A DNA stretch of 64,000 bases from assembly GCA_053919585.1 (NCBI GenBank), contig CM132785.1; one strand, written 5' to 3'. This DNA comes from Euprymna scolopes (Eukaryota). The position numbers and the translations under genes are program-made. This document shows positions 24,319 to 37,200 of this stretch, piece after piece (position 1 is the stretch's first letter; each line of letters starts with the position of its first letter). The notes under the pieces were generated by a model. It did not search any database. It was not told the origin of the DNA and was given only the letters and a program-made list of their open reading frames with translations.

Positions 24319-24322
<4 letters not shown>
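24074..24322 (-). mobile_element. 5S rRNA-derived SINE, copy 2 (5' part of head missing)
   Basis: TAAGCAACTTTGAGCCTGATTAGTACCCAATGGGTG..TGGAATTC resembles the 3' half of 5S. Body GTGCTCTC..CAGTCGTCC..AGAGGTGTTGTTG..AGATT matches copy 1. Confidence 0.75.
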
Positions 24323-24399
<77 letters not shown>

Positions 24400-24936
24400 A
24401 TCCTAACACCATGCATTAATGATTTCCAAAAGATGACACACTTTCTGTAGGCATGTAATTATTATTACAGTAAATAATTATATATATATATATATATATA
24501 AATGTATATACATACACACACACACACATATATATACGTGTGTCTTTGTCTGTCACTGTGTATACAATGTAGATATATATATACATATATATACATGTAT
24601 ATATATGTATATATATAAACGTTTTTAATATTTGCAAACACAGTTTTGCGCTACAACCGTTCTTAAACATTTTAAATACATATATTTCACTATAAAACAA
24701 ATTAAGATTTCCTTCGTGATTGATATTTTAACAGTACAAAATAGTTAACAAAAAATTCATCATATTATATACTTTGTTTCCTTAATTAAATAAATAAGCC
24801 AAAAATATACTTGGACACAAAAACACATATGAATATATAAAGTGATACACTTCTATCTTTTTTTTTCTTTGATTTTTAGCGTTATTTGTTTTCACTTTAT
24901 ATATGTATATATTGATATATATATCAATGACCATCC

Positions 24937-24975
24937 CTCTTGAAGAAGCCCGCATAAATCGGGCGAAACGTTGAG
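24937..24975 (+). ncRNA. minimal type I hammerhead motif
   Basis: CTC-TTGAAGA-A-GCCCG-CATAAAT-CGGGC-GAAAC-GTT-GAG with palindromic AACGTT. Confidence 0.7.
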
Positions 24976-25919
24976 TATCCAGGTCCTTCCACCTCCATTT
25001 TATTTCATATCGTCGGATTTAATCCAGCTCAACAATCATATACAATGTTATGGATGTGATGATCTCCTCCATTTTGAGTAAGGTTGGAGACAGACAATAG
25101 ATGAATAGCTTAACGGCTATTGTCGTGGAAGTAATAGTGGCAGTGATTGCTCGAATAGGCATAATATAGGAGGTTTACTAGCTGTAGCGTACTATCAATA
25201 TACTGCTTTTAATAATTTCTTATATACCTTATATATCATTTCTGCCTTTAAAAGTCATAACCTGTACAGCGAGAGCACAGAATGTGTACATGTACACATA
25301 TTTAAGCCATGTGTCTTTCTGTCTCTCTATTTATATATGCATATATGATGATTGCAACATCTTGACGAGTGCCACTCCCTCAGACACTTAAAGTCCATGA
25401 TCCCCAAAATGACTTTCATCGCCACATGACCATTTTAATAGACAAATGCCTGAGGAAGTATGTATACACAAATTACGTTACAGAGTCTTAGCTTTGTACG
25501 ACAGCTAAGTCTCTCTCGGTTTAAAATGTTGAGATCCAGCAACAATCAAGAGCAAGATAGCCAGCAACAAGTTACACTGCAGATTAGGTGAATACGCGTA
25601 CTGGTCTCCCGCTTTATGGTTTTTAAATCAGAGATTTACTTCTCTTAGAAAGGTTGCCTTTACCACGGCTTACGGGAGCCCTCTCCACCTCAAACACACA
25701 CATACATACACACAAACACACTCAGTTCTAGTTGGCCGTTGACCCCGAAAAAGGTTCATTCGGCCTTAGGTGGATCTTGTTTTTAATCCGTCAGGGAGAC
25801 TATCCACACTCCTCACCAAACAAGTCTGGTGGAGGAACCAGTTAAGTCGCCGGTGACCCGACCATGAGGCAGGCAGTACTGGGTTACATTGCACCAGTAG
25901 CATATGACATGACCTGAGA

Positions 25920-25973
<54 letters not shown>

Positions 25974-26836
25974 CATTTATACATATAAGCGTATATATAC
26001 TAGAATATATATGAATATGTACAAACTGAAAAAGTAAAGTGAGGTTGAGAGTGAGAAACAGATAGATTTTGAAAGAAAATACACAACTGCGTTCTATTAA
26101 TATTGAATAGAGTAAGGTATTGCCATAACATTCACTCAATCTGTTCATCTGAAAAAAATTTTTGTGTAATAATTTTTAATAAACAAACAAGAATAAATAA
26201 AGCTATACAAATTGGATGCTTACTGGAGTTTGACAATTTACATAGCAGCAGATAAATCATTGACTCTGAATTAATTGCATCAAAAATCAATAAGGTCACC
26301 GACCAATATTTTCCATTTATTGAAATCAAAATCTTCTTTTGATAAAAAATAAAAAAATAGATAATTTTTAAAGTGCATCGATTCTTAAGTTCACGTTGTT
26401 TAATTATATTATCGTGTCAATTCTGTAGTACATGATGGCGACACCGACATATCTCATCCATTTTACTATACTAAAAAAGCGAAGAAAAATAAACCATTCA
26501 TGAGTTTATTTAACTCGTTATAGAATTATCTACTAATACACTCACACACATATATTAGTCCTCGCGCGAAAGAGCAGGACACAAAATGTTTCAAATAATA
26601 ATAATAATAATAACAAAGACTTTTTTTCTGGCGAGGATTACTATTGACTGTAACCAATTAAACAGTCCTTTTGTAAATTTGCATCTCTATTTTTCTCGTT
26701 AAGTACTGAATATTTATTTAAACCTATATGAAATATGTTCCTTATTAAATTTTAAAGATTTAAGTTTTAAAAAATTTAATCTAAAAAAGTTATTTTTAAG
26801 TTTTTGTTTAAAAAAATCAGATTTTCTCATTATTAA

Positions 26837-26995
26837 GACCTGTATTACAAAGAGGGGTTTGCAAAAAATGAGTTGTGGTGTGAGGAGAAATACAAACTGG
26901 CACAGAGAGAGTATTCAGACCTGTAATAATACAAAGAGGAGGGTTGTAAAAATGAGTTGTGGTGCGCGGAGAAATACAAACTGAAATAGAGAGAA
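26837..26995. repeat. two-copy tandem repeat, unit ~80 bp
   Basis: AGACCTGTA..TACAAAGAGG..AAAATGAGTTGTGGTG..GGAGAAATACAAACTG occurs twice. Confidence 0.85.
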
Positions 26996-27329
26996 GGTGA
27001 GTTATAAAATATAATCTTAAAAAGTTAAGATAAAAGTTAGAAAAACATTTCATCTAAAAAATGAAAATTGTTAAACAAAATGTTTTTACTATAGGCTTTA
27101 AAAATAAAGGTACAAGATTCAATTTGAAATGTATTTATCTTCAAAGTGCCCTTTTATAGATTTTACAAAGTAAGGTATAACATTTTTATTTAAATTAAAT
27201 CAAAACATTATCTTGGATTTATTTTATATAATGTACATTTGTTGCAATTTAAAAACATCTTTTATCTAGCAAATAATGATATAGATATAACATTTTCAAT
27301 GATGTTTTTAAAAAGTGCAACAGAATGTA

Positions 27330-28330
27330 CGGTTTTTCATTCAGGGGCTTGATGGTTTGGTCAATACAGAAGAGTAAGGGAGATAAGCTCTCACCTTGAA
27401 ATATTCCCCTCTTGATATTTACTTCAGGGATGATGGTCTTTCCTCCATTGTGATTAAATGATATTGTATTTTTCCACATATGAGCGTGAGCCGCCAATGT
27501 TTTTCTAATTACCAGGTGAATCTTGTATAACTCAAGACAGCAAAGTAACTATGAGTGTGACACGCTGTCAAATCTCTCCTGGTAATCGGTCCATGCCGCG
27601 CTCAGGTGCCTTTGCCTCTTCTTACAGTCTTCTAAGATGGTCTTGTTGATCAATAGCTGGTTTTTGGTACCGAGGCATTTTCTTCTGCAGCTTGTCTGCT
27701 CTTTTTCAAAGATAGGTAATCATATATATCGTCAACTACCAGACCAGTGAAAATATTGTAGACGGCATATTGATCTGTATTTATTTTGACATCGTGTCTC
27801 CTTGGTCTTAAGTATGAGGCTGGTGTCCCCCTCTGTCAGCCAGGGCGGTGTTGCTTCTTCACCTCTGAGAATACTGCGAAGCTATCACTGTAGTGGTGAC
27901 TGAGTGCAGTCAATTATTTCAGCCAAAAGTTTTGTCGATGCCAGGTGATTTGTGGTTGGTGGATTGTGCCAGTTTTCTTGTTACCGTACCAGGACTATGA
28001 CTGGTTCTGTCATCTGAGGTTTAGTTTCGTTGAGCCTCATAATATCTTCAATCAACTGAGCTTCCTGATTGCATTTACATGTTTCCAGCAGAGGCCTACA
28101 GTAGTTTTTCAGGTCTTCCTCTACAGTAATAGCGTCCCTCATAAGCTGACAGTAAAAAGTTCTTTGATTTATTTTAAACTGCCTGTTTGGAATCTGGGAG
28201 TTGATCTTGAACTCCTGGTTTTTAATCATCTGGGCAAGTGCTGATAATTTTCCCTCCAACTCCTAGCCGTATTATGAATCCCTCAATGTTCTAATGGTGG
28301 TATTTGGTACAAAGTTTTCTGAGTATAGCA
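27330..28330 (-). mobile_element. R4/Dong-like (restriction-endonuclease-type) non-LTR RT remnant
   Basis: PPWLTEGDTSLI, GTKNQLLINKTILEDCKKRQRHLSAAWTDY..FDSVSH and IKRGIFQGESLSPLLFCI. Confidence 0.82.
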
Positions 28331-28653
28331 TTGCCTCGTTATTCATTATTAAACTTTTCAGCATAGAATAAGAAATTATGCTACATTCACAGAGCCTGCT
28401 ATAAACTACATATATATATATATTAATATATATATATATATTTATGTAGAAATATATTTTTCTTATTATATATCAATCCTTATATAAGAAGCTAACTGTG
28501 AATACAGATCAATATATAGAATAAATGAAAAAAATATCTATTCCAAAATACATGATGTTGGCCATTATCTGTTTTATTCCTTTACATCAATTGAATATTT
28601 ACAGAATTGTAAGAATCAATTTATTTAAAGGAATAAATTACAAAATGGTCAAC

Positions 28654-28701
<48 letters not shown>

Positions 28702-29054
28702 GTTTTTAAAATATACAGTACAATTAGGCTTCACACATTTCTCATTTTACACCCTCGTGAAGATTCGTAAGGCTTTCGCATAAAATCCGTGTTACTTAGT
28801 GTTTTAATATATATACACATTATAGTGGGTCTACTAGTCAGATGATGAACTTCTGATTTATTCACACACCTAGTTAATGGAGCCAATGGGCTTGATTTTA
28901 TCAGAAGCTTACGCTTCTAAACAGCATATTTCTTTCGCATTTGTTTCATTTTATTTATTTATTTATTCATCATTATTATTATATTTTTAGTACATAGCCT
29001 TAAGCATCATCATTATTTAATCAGTGTTATTAGCAGTATATATATATTATTGCC

Positions 29055-29088
<34 letters not shown>

Positions 29089-29484
29089 GTTATGTGTATG
29101 TGTTGTTATCCTAGGTAAATTTTTTGTATGTATATACGTTTGTTATTTTGCTCTCACAGTTTAATAAATTTCGAAGTTCTTTAAAATTTTAAATAGCTAA
29201 TGTTTATGCAAACATATTCTATGCGGCCCTGTAAGATTTTTACATGTGTTAGCTCTACATGCTATTTTCTTACGGCGATTGTCTATTATTAATAAAATCC
29301 CAGTAGTAGTTTACAATGATTTTATGCAAAAGCTTAACGAATACTCAAAGATATAAATCAGGGAAAATTTGCACAACTTAATTGCCAAAATTATTTTCAT
29401 AATTTACTACTTTGTTCCAATTACGTATTGAAAACTTCCGAAGGAAATACTGAAAATCAATACATATAATTTTAGGAAAATGCG

Positions 29485-29533
<49 letters not shown>

Positions 29534-29534
29534 C

Positions 29535-29650
29535 AGTCATCCACATACAATACTGTTTCGCAGCTCATCAGTGCGGCTATAAATGAATCCACCTCGCCAA
29601 CTGCCTGTACGACTGTCAAGGCTCCTAACCACTACACTATCCTATCGGCG
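29535..29650 (-). mobile_element. tRNA-hammerhead SINE, copy 3
   Basis: A box TAGTGTAGTGGTTAG; CCGCA-CTGATGA-GCTGC-GAAA-CAGTATTG-TA-TGTGG-ATGAC then (TA)n. Stem II is shortened and the B-box region is replaced. Confidence 0.8.
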
Positions 29651-30323
29651 TATATAATACATACACCTGANNNNNNNNNNNNNNNNNNNNNNNNNNNNNN
29701 NNNNNNNNNNNNNNNNNNNNNNNNNNNNNNNNNNNNNNNNNNNNNNNNNNNNNNNNNNNNNNNNNNNNNNNNNNNNNNNNNNNNNNNNNNNNNNNNNNNN
29801 GAGACAAGGTAATATATAGGGAAAAGGGATAGCACGTATACAACACCATGTTTTCATCAGTTCCTTCGATGCTTTATTATTTTACCTTCTATTATCAATA
29901 ATCTTTCAGGAGAGCAGAAGATTTTGCTTTTACAATATCTATAGGAAAATATATAGATACCAAATATAAAGTAGAAAGGAAAATATGAAGACAGAAATAG
30001 AAGAAAAATGAAAGAAAACATTTAGACTTAAGATTTGCAAAGTTATACAGCTGAATAGATTGGAGTGACATGAGAGAAAATAGTGAGCATACAGCAGCAA
30101 AAAACGAAGAAGCATTAAACGTTTCACCGGATAACACAGATGTCTGCAGAGGAAGGAGGAGTCATATTATTCTTCAATTCACAACTCAGATCGCATACGC
30201 TTTAACAGAAACAACGCTGTTTTATTAGTAACAGAAAGGCCGATACAATTTTGCAATTTTGCACACACGTCGCTGTATCTTTTAAAATTTATCAGGACAC
30301 TTATGCCGGGTATTCCCATAAAC

Positions 30324-30900
30324 CAGAGGGTAGAAATTAGCAAAATGCGGGATCGGATTTTGCATGCAAAAGTATTTGATGAAACAACAAGTAACTCAAA
30401 GATCTTACTTGATAACATTTACTTGTGCAAATGGAAATTCAATTAACTTACTTGAAGTTATATATTTGGATTTTACCGTTACTGGATTATTAATCTTCCA
30501 CAAGACTATCCATTCAGGTGTTTTTTTTTCTTCACCGTATTCCCTCTGCTTCACCTTTTTTTATCAAGTAAGATCTTTGACTTACTTGTTATTTGATCAA
30601 ATACTTTTGCATGCAAAATTCGATCCCGCATTTTTGGTAATTCCTACCCTCTGATGAGAAGGAGAGTATTTCTTCGAAACTCCGCGGATTAAGGACTATC
30701 CACTTATCTAGTGTTTCCTTTTCAGATTAAATATGTTTTTTAACATGTTTTATTAACTGGTTGCTCGTATTATAAGCTCTATCTCCTATTAGTTTTTTAT
30801 CGAGCTTTTACATCTGGCTGAGATAACTTTATAAATATTAATTCTTTAATATTTATAATATACTTTAATTTTACCATCTTGGATCATTTGGGTAAATTTA
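30324..30900 (+). mobile_element. PLE-type terminus with ~92-bp inverted duplication and hammerhead
   Basis: Inverted repeat 30324-30415 / 30561-30653. Downstream TTATCTAGTGTTTCCTTTTCAGATTAAATATG recurs at ~17952-18035. Confidence 0.65.
30648..30694 (+). ncRNA. type I hammerhead motif
   Basis: CCT-CTGATGA-GAAGGA..TTCTTC-GAAA-CTCCGCGGAT-TA-AGG. Palindromic stem III TCCGCGGA with one mismatch. Confidence 0.75.
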
Positions 30901-30911
30901 ATTGTAATTTT

Positions 30912-30957
<46 letters not shown>

Positions 30958-31064
30958 GTAACTACTTCATTTACTCACATAAATTTAATATACGAAAGTA
31001 TAGATTTATGCGTAAACTTTAAGTATTTATTTCAAAATTGCTCAATACGTAGGTAGAGCTAGTT

Positions 31065-31479
31065 AGTAATTTAAAAAATATATATGGCGATTAAGCTACA
31101 CTGAATATTCTGCATTTCATCCACTATAGTATTCGTGAGGCTTATGCGCGAATTCTGTGGTTGCTTCTTGTTTTTATATATTTTGAGGATTTTTAGTTTG
31201 CCAATCAGCTTTCTAGTATCCACCGCGCCCCCTTCTATCAGCCGATGGGCATGCATTTTATCGAACCAAAGATCTGTTTAAGGTAGACGTTCTCCTTTTT
31301 TTTATAATCTATTATCTATTAAACTGTAGACGAGAAATAGCAAACAACTGTATTCACAAAATAAAACTTACTCCAGGATAGCGATACAAAATAGCTTTAA
31401 AACTAACAATAACAATAGAAAACAAACAAATAAATAAATTAAATAAACATGAATATGCATAAACGATCACACATATATG

Positions 31480-31548
<69 letters not shown>

Positions 31549-31825
31549 GTGCATGTATGGGTGTACACATAGGTATATTTATATATATAAAAAAAGGAGA
31601 ACGTTTACCTTAAACCACTAACCTAGTTCTAAAACAGATGCCCATTGGCTGATAGGAGGGGGCACGGTGGATACTAGAAAGCTGATTGGCTAACTAAAAA
31701 TCCTCAGAATATATAAAAACAAGAAGCAACCACAGACTTCGCGCATAAGCCTGACGAATCCTATAGTGGATGAAACGCAGAATATTCAGTGTAGCTTAAT
31801 CGCCATATATATTTTATAAATTACT
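31065..31825. mobile_element. inverted pair of ~240-bp PLE-type pLTRs
   Basis: 31065-31306 is the reverse complement of 31586-31825; each arm carries a hammerhead. Confidence 0.8.
31746..31798 (+). ncRNA. type I hammerhead ribozyme, intact core
   Basis: TAAGC-CTGACGA-ATCC-TATAGT-GGAT-GAAA-CGCAGAATATTCAGTG-TA-GCTTA. The inverted copy at 31092-31144 has a mutated core (CTCACGA). Confidence 0.85.
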
Positions 31826-31849
31826 ATATATATATTACTATATATATAT

Positions 31850-31897
<48 letters not shown>

Positions 31898-32254
31898 TTG
31901 TGTGTATGTATGTATTTGTATGTGAGTATAGAGAGAGTTTGGTGAATCGTTATGGTTTTGCGAATCTATTTATTATTTGTGTATACAATCCCTTTTCATA
32001 GGCGCTTTGAAACTACAGCACATATACAAACAAATACCAATTTTGCTACAATCAAATGGCTGTATTAATCTAAGCGATTATGTTTTGCAAAATGAAAAAT
32101 TTCCTAGGGAAAACCAATGCTTGTATTTCAATATGAGATATACCTTCTGTGGACAGTAAACAAAAAAGTACTAGAATATAAAAATGGATAACGATGTAAT
32201 ATGCACAATTAAGAAAGAACCAATGCAAATCCCATCTGTCCATCTCCAGTGTTC

Positions 32255-32364
32255 CGCCATGCAGTCATACAGAAGGTCGGGTTTCAATCCTGGCTTCAGG
32301 TAGTTGCCTGTCTAGCCGCATTGATGAGCTGTGAAACAGCGAAACAGTACTGTATGTGGATGAC

Positions 32365-32366
<2 letters not shown>
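32255..32366 (+). mobile_element. tRNA-hammerhead SINE, copy 4
   Basis: B box GGTTTCAATCC; CCGCA-TTGATGA-GCTGT-GAA-ACAGC-GAAA-CAGTACTG-TA-TGTGG-ATGAC then (TA)n. Confidence 0.85.
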
Positions 32367-32403
<37 letters not shown>

Positions 32404-34644
32404 TAAAGAGAAAGAGAGAGAGGAAAAAGGAAATAAACTAAAATATATGCTCATCAACATTTCGTTTATGTATAAAGACTTCTTCAGAATAGTTATTTTT
32501 AAGAGAATGAATTACCGCTAAAATATTTCAAAACAAACTTGTTTTTATGTAAAGTGAAAAAGATGTTGCCTTTATTCTATTTCAGAACGTAAAAACCCGT
32601 AAACATTTAAATTGTATACAGTTCTGTCGATTCAAATTCACAACACTATATAAAGAGTGGGACATTTTACTTCATTAGCCGTTAAATATGTGAAAAGATA
32701 TGATGAAAGTTCTGTCCTTTTCTCAATGAATATTGTCGTTATAATTTAAATGTTGATCAAATAATTGAAATAAGTCTTTGTTTTTTTATTATCTATTGCT
32801 TGATTATGCATATTCATCATTCTAGGTAAAATTTCTGTGGTGGATAGAGTATATCAGGTTTAATTATATCGTCATTATTACTGTATTCTTATGCGATGCA
32901 TTTACAGACAATACTTTGAAAATTTAAGTAATACCTTCTACAGAAGTCAACAAATAACACATTAGACATGCCCACTTATTCAGATACAGCTGTTAATCCA
33001 GTGATGTTTCACATACGCTTAGCTTTTCGAATATACTTAATGTAATATATATGGTGGATCATTTCCCTTTATCTATTTGGGTTCATTAGCAGTTTAGGTG
33101 GTTTGAGCTTTTTTATTAGTTAAAATAATTGTTTTATGTTACATCCTTTTTACGATAGCACTTCGATTTAGTTTAGATATTTCATTGCATATAATTTAAT
33201 TCGGAATCTAATCACTTAGATCCAAACTATTACCCGTTTAAATCGTTTAAATACTCCAATTCATAGTGTAACATTAAAGTAAGTATTTCTGATGTAAAAT
33301 TATGTGCCTATTCTTTCATGGAAATATGTCAGACAAATGATATGTAAGCCTAGATGATGCCCAGATAAATTCCATTAGAGTAGAGTTTGTATTGATGCTG
33401 ATTAAGAGACGATTACACACACTCCAAAAATATTGTATTATTAAGTAAGCTGGAAATTTGTCAAGAGTCATTATAAGTACAATGAAAACTAAGATCTGCA
33501 AATCATAATCGTTCTAAGGATTTAATAAATGATGGATAAAAGAGAGGGCAATGGTAAACTGCCGTAGACAAAGCAAGGGGATGATTAATGGATAATGTTA
33601 CGCTTTCAAGAGATGAGTAAAATAGGTTTTTAAAATGAGTTTCTCCCGGAAAGCCGTGCGAATGTGCTATCGTCAATGATGCGGTAAACTAGTAATCACA
33701 GCAAATGGTACGAATGTCTCTGCCCGTGCGTGTTACTTATTTTTGTTAAGCTAGAAAGTGAAATGTAAGGATTAAATTACTAGCTACTATAAAATTAGTT
33801 TATATCTCCTGAATAAATTATCTACAAAAAGTACCATATGCGAAAAGTGTTAATGAACATAACTGTTTGTCTTCATTCATGAAAAGTGTTTTATTATTCT
33901 AAGTTAAACAGTCAAGACGACCGATTTCCTGGCATGAAACCCGGCGAATGCTAAAGCGTAATAAAACACATAAAAAGCCCTAGGTATGTATGAGTATATT
34001 TCTTTGTTATTCGAAATGGTGCACAAGTACACAATTTTGGTCTCACTACAATTAAGTTGCTGATGTTTTAGAAATAACATTTATAAGAAATTGTTTGTTC
34101 AAAATAATAATTCCTTTACTGTCCATATGTAACGATGTTGTTTAAATTTCTTACTTCAATTGGTATAGTTATTATAGAACGTACAGCTCTTATTTGTGGC
34201 GTCATATATCGACTTTAATTTGGAAACGATCGATTTCATTAACACTCATTTGGCAAGTTTAATTGGATTCTGCGAAAGCGTAAATGAAAATATTCGTATT
34301 CTGTAAAGTAATAAAAGAAGACTTGTAGACTATAAAGCACCATTATATAGTGGCTTGCTTTTAAATTGGTATCTGAATACCATTACCTGATTCTGAACAG
34401 CATCACCTCATTATAAATGGTAATAACATTTGTACAACCAAAAATTCATTTATTCAGAATGGTATACACTTGAAAAATCTAGAGTACACGTATGTTGTGA
34501 TATTATTGTGACATGGGTGACTCAATCTATGAGATATTCTGCGAAGTTTTGGACGCAACATAGCTCAGGATCATGAGAATCACACGCGCCCCTACAAACC
34601 CTTAATCAGCTGTTTTAACATTAAGTGAAGTTTGTTTGTAGATT

Positions 34645-34880
34645 TTTTTTACAAGGTGGTCACCACTTATCTAGGCACAGAAGCCACTCGGGGATAAAGG
34701 TTACAGTACGTTAATGTTGAAATTTGATAAAGTGTCTACTTAAGGGGGCGGTTAATCAAGAACTTTGCTATGGTGGACTTAAAGACATCCAAGTTGTAGT
34801 CAGGTGGGAAACAGGCGGACAGAACAGAGTTCCACAGGCGTGCACTTCTAAGAAAGAAGTTTTGTTCATTGAATCTACAT
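34645..34880 (-). mobile_element. CR1/Zenon-like LINE 3' end (subfamily A)
   Basis: Reverse-complement match to 14630-14866. Confidence 0.85.
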
Positions 34881-35122
34881 TTTGGTTTTGGCAAGGTAGA
34901 AGGTCAGATGTGTTGACAAATCAAAAACCAGAAAAAGTTGTGACAGTTTTATATGAAAAAAGATTTAGTACAATTATGTTGTCAGTAAAGTTATCTTGTT
35001 CCTTGTTGGGGGAGAAAGATGATTGGATGAATAGTTTTGGTGCGTAATCTTCGTTTGTAACGTTCAATTACTGTAGGTTATTGTAACTGAGAGTAGGTTT
35101 ATTTAGGGAAATAATAATAATT

Positions 35123-35452
35123 TTTTTTACATTTCCACCCCAAACAAGGCACACTGCCACTTGATGTAGGGGCTACTATCAGAGGCATAAGCTACAGGGG
35201 TACTATGGGGGAAGTTGAGCAGCAATATATTTACAATTGAACGTCTGCATGCCAGTACAGTTGGGGAAGCAGAAATCCGGAAGGGAATTCCAAAGTCTAG
35301 CGGTTCTGGGGAAGAAACTACTAGAAGATAAGGTCGTCTTACATCTAGGGATCTCAACTGTGAAAGGGTGGGATTTTGCTGCATGTCGGGTTTTTCGAGG
35401 GTATTTATGTCGAGGGAGCAAAAGTGCTTGAAGTTCGTCGGAGCATTCACCG
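35123..35452 (-). mobile_element. CR1/Zenon-like LINE 3' end (subfamily B)
   Basis: HPFTVEIPRCKT..SSSFFPRTARLWNSLP; 3' UTR matches 59000-59075. Confidence 0.88.
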
Positions 35453-36114
35453 TTAATTAATTTTAGACTTTTTGAATATTTCTTAATTCTATTCTCTTTC
35501 TTTCTGTCTCACAAGCTAGCCGACGGTTTTCTGGTGAATTCTTTCTAGTGTTCGATCTTTTATTGGAGAAAATTCAGTTGTGTCAAGCTTTGCGATTCGC
35601 CAACCAATTACAATTCGCAGAGCATTTGCCCGCTATTTTTTATTAGTCATGCGTGGAAAACCTTGTTTTTGCCAAAAAGGTGGACCCAAATAATAATCCA
35701 CCAAATTCGTCTTAGATACGAAAAATACAAACACTTCAATGTACGTTCCGTATTTTCAGCCGTATTTTTGTAAACCTATCGAAGACAACGTCTTTACAAG
35801 AACTTTTAATCAAGGTAACTAAAGCTCTATTGTTCATTGTCACCAACTTCGAGAAATGACTTTGTAAATATGCTGCATGCAAATTGTGAAATTATTTTAA
35901 TTAGATTTACTTTCTAATTTTACTAAACTCAATATATAAACAAGAAATTTAATGTAAAAATGTTCTCTTGACACCATCACATTCGTGTCACGTTACCCTA
36001 AATCTAAACCAAAACATACACAAATATATATGTGCATATATTTAATGGTCGCATGAGAACAACATTCCCGCTATGATTTATGAAGGTGTCGACGATGAAA
36101 AATTGTAATGGTAA

Positions 36115-37200
36115 TGTTATGGCGCTGATAACCACAATAAAAACAGAACAACGGGGTAAGACAAGACGTGTATTAATAAAAGACAAACAAAAGGTTACAG
36201 AATGAAAAAGTGTATCCGTTCCACCGAGCCGCGCAGTTAACTCTGCAACTAGAGCCCTACCTAGGATCGTTAAGAGATCCAGTACATACTGAGGGAGTTG
36301 AGCCCATTCAGAGCGTGTCCCCCACAACACCTTCTCCCAAACTGATTTCTCCAGGTTTGAAATCATTTTTTCTTTCTAGGGCAGACCAGCAATGGATCTG
36401 TGTACTTTCCATTTCCGCCGGAGCGTCTTGATTCTGGCATGGTTTGTTTAGGTTGTATGTCAAAAACCTCATATACTGTCTCGACTGGCCCTACGTATTC
36501 CTGTGATGGTTTTGCTTGTTCCTCGGGGTGCGTTTCCTTGAAATGTTCAGATTGCTTTCATGTTCGCATTTTGGGCCCCGAATAATGTATGTGACATTGC
36601 CAATTCTTTGTGATATCGTTCCCTCTTTCAAAAAGGAAACGTTGTTATTGAAATGCTTTAAGTAGACATTATATCCAACGCGAATTCGTTTCATGTGCAT
36701 AGTAAAGTTTATGTGTTGCATTGCGTGTTGTTGGATCAGATTATCAAAAACGGATTCTATTTTTCGCCCAAACATGATTTACGCTGGAAGTAACTCCGGG
36801 ATGCGAAATCTACTGGCTGTTTCGAGACACCCGGCACCCTATGTAACATGCGTACGGCAATGCCATACTGTCTAGCGTCGCTAGCAACTGGTATATCCTT
36901 ATTCGAGTTTAAATGAGTTATGCACAATTTGGAGATAATGATTTTTGTAATTATTATCCAATGGGGCTTCAAAAGAACTAGCCGACGAGGAAGGCCAGCA
37001 AATAAAAAAAATAACTTGTCTTGCAACACTCTCCTCAACTGTCTTGTAACTAACTGACAATCTGCTAAGGAATAAAGAAAGGAAGCCCCCATCGGTGAAA
37101 ACCTTTTTATAACATTCAAACGCCTTGCTCCACAAGTATAACATTCTTGAAATAAATGTATCTTACATTCGATGCTGAGTAAACAGCTAATACACATAAG
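36115..37200 (-). mobile_element. Gypsy (Mag-like) remnant: RNase H and integrase fragments, PPT and 3' LTR
   Basis: LTR 36115-36329 (TGTTATG..CACAACA); PPT GGGAGAAGG at 36330-36338. Motifs IPVASDARQYGIA..PVDFASRS and GTISQRIGNVTYII. Confidence 0.82.

Noticed and set aside
26132-26329. Duplicated coding exon (NGKYWSVTLLIFDAINS)
   Set aside because: The paralogous copy has a frameshift and stop next to the core, and there are no synonymous changes.
26837-26995. CRISPR-like array
   Set aside because: Eukaryotic context; a simple two-unit tandem repeat without unique spacers.
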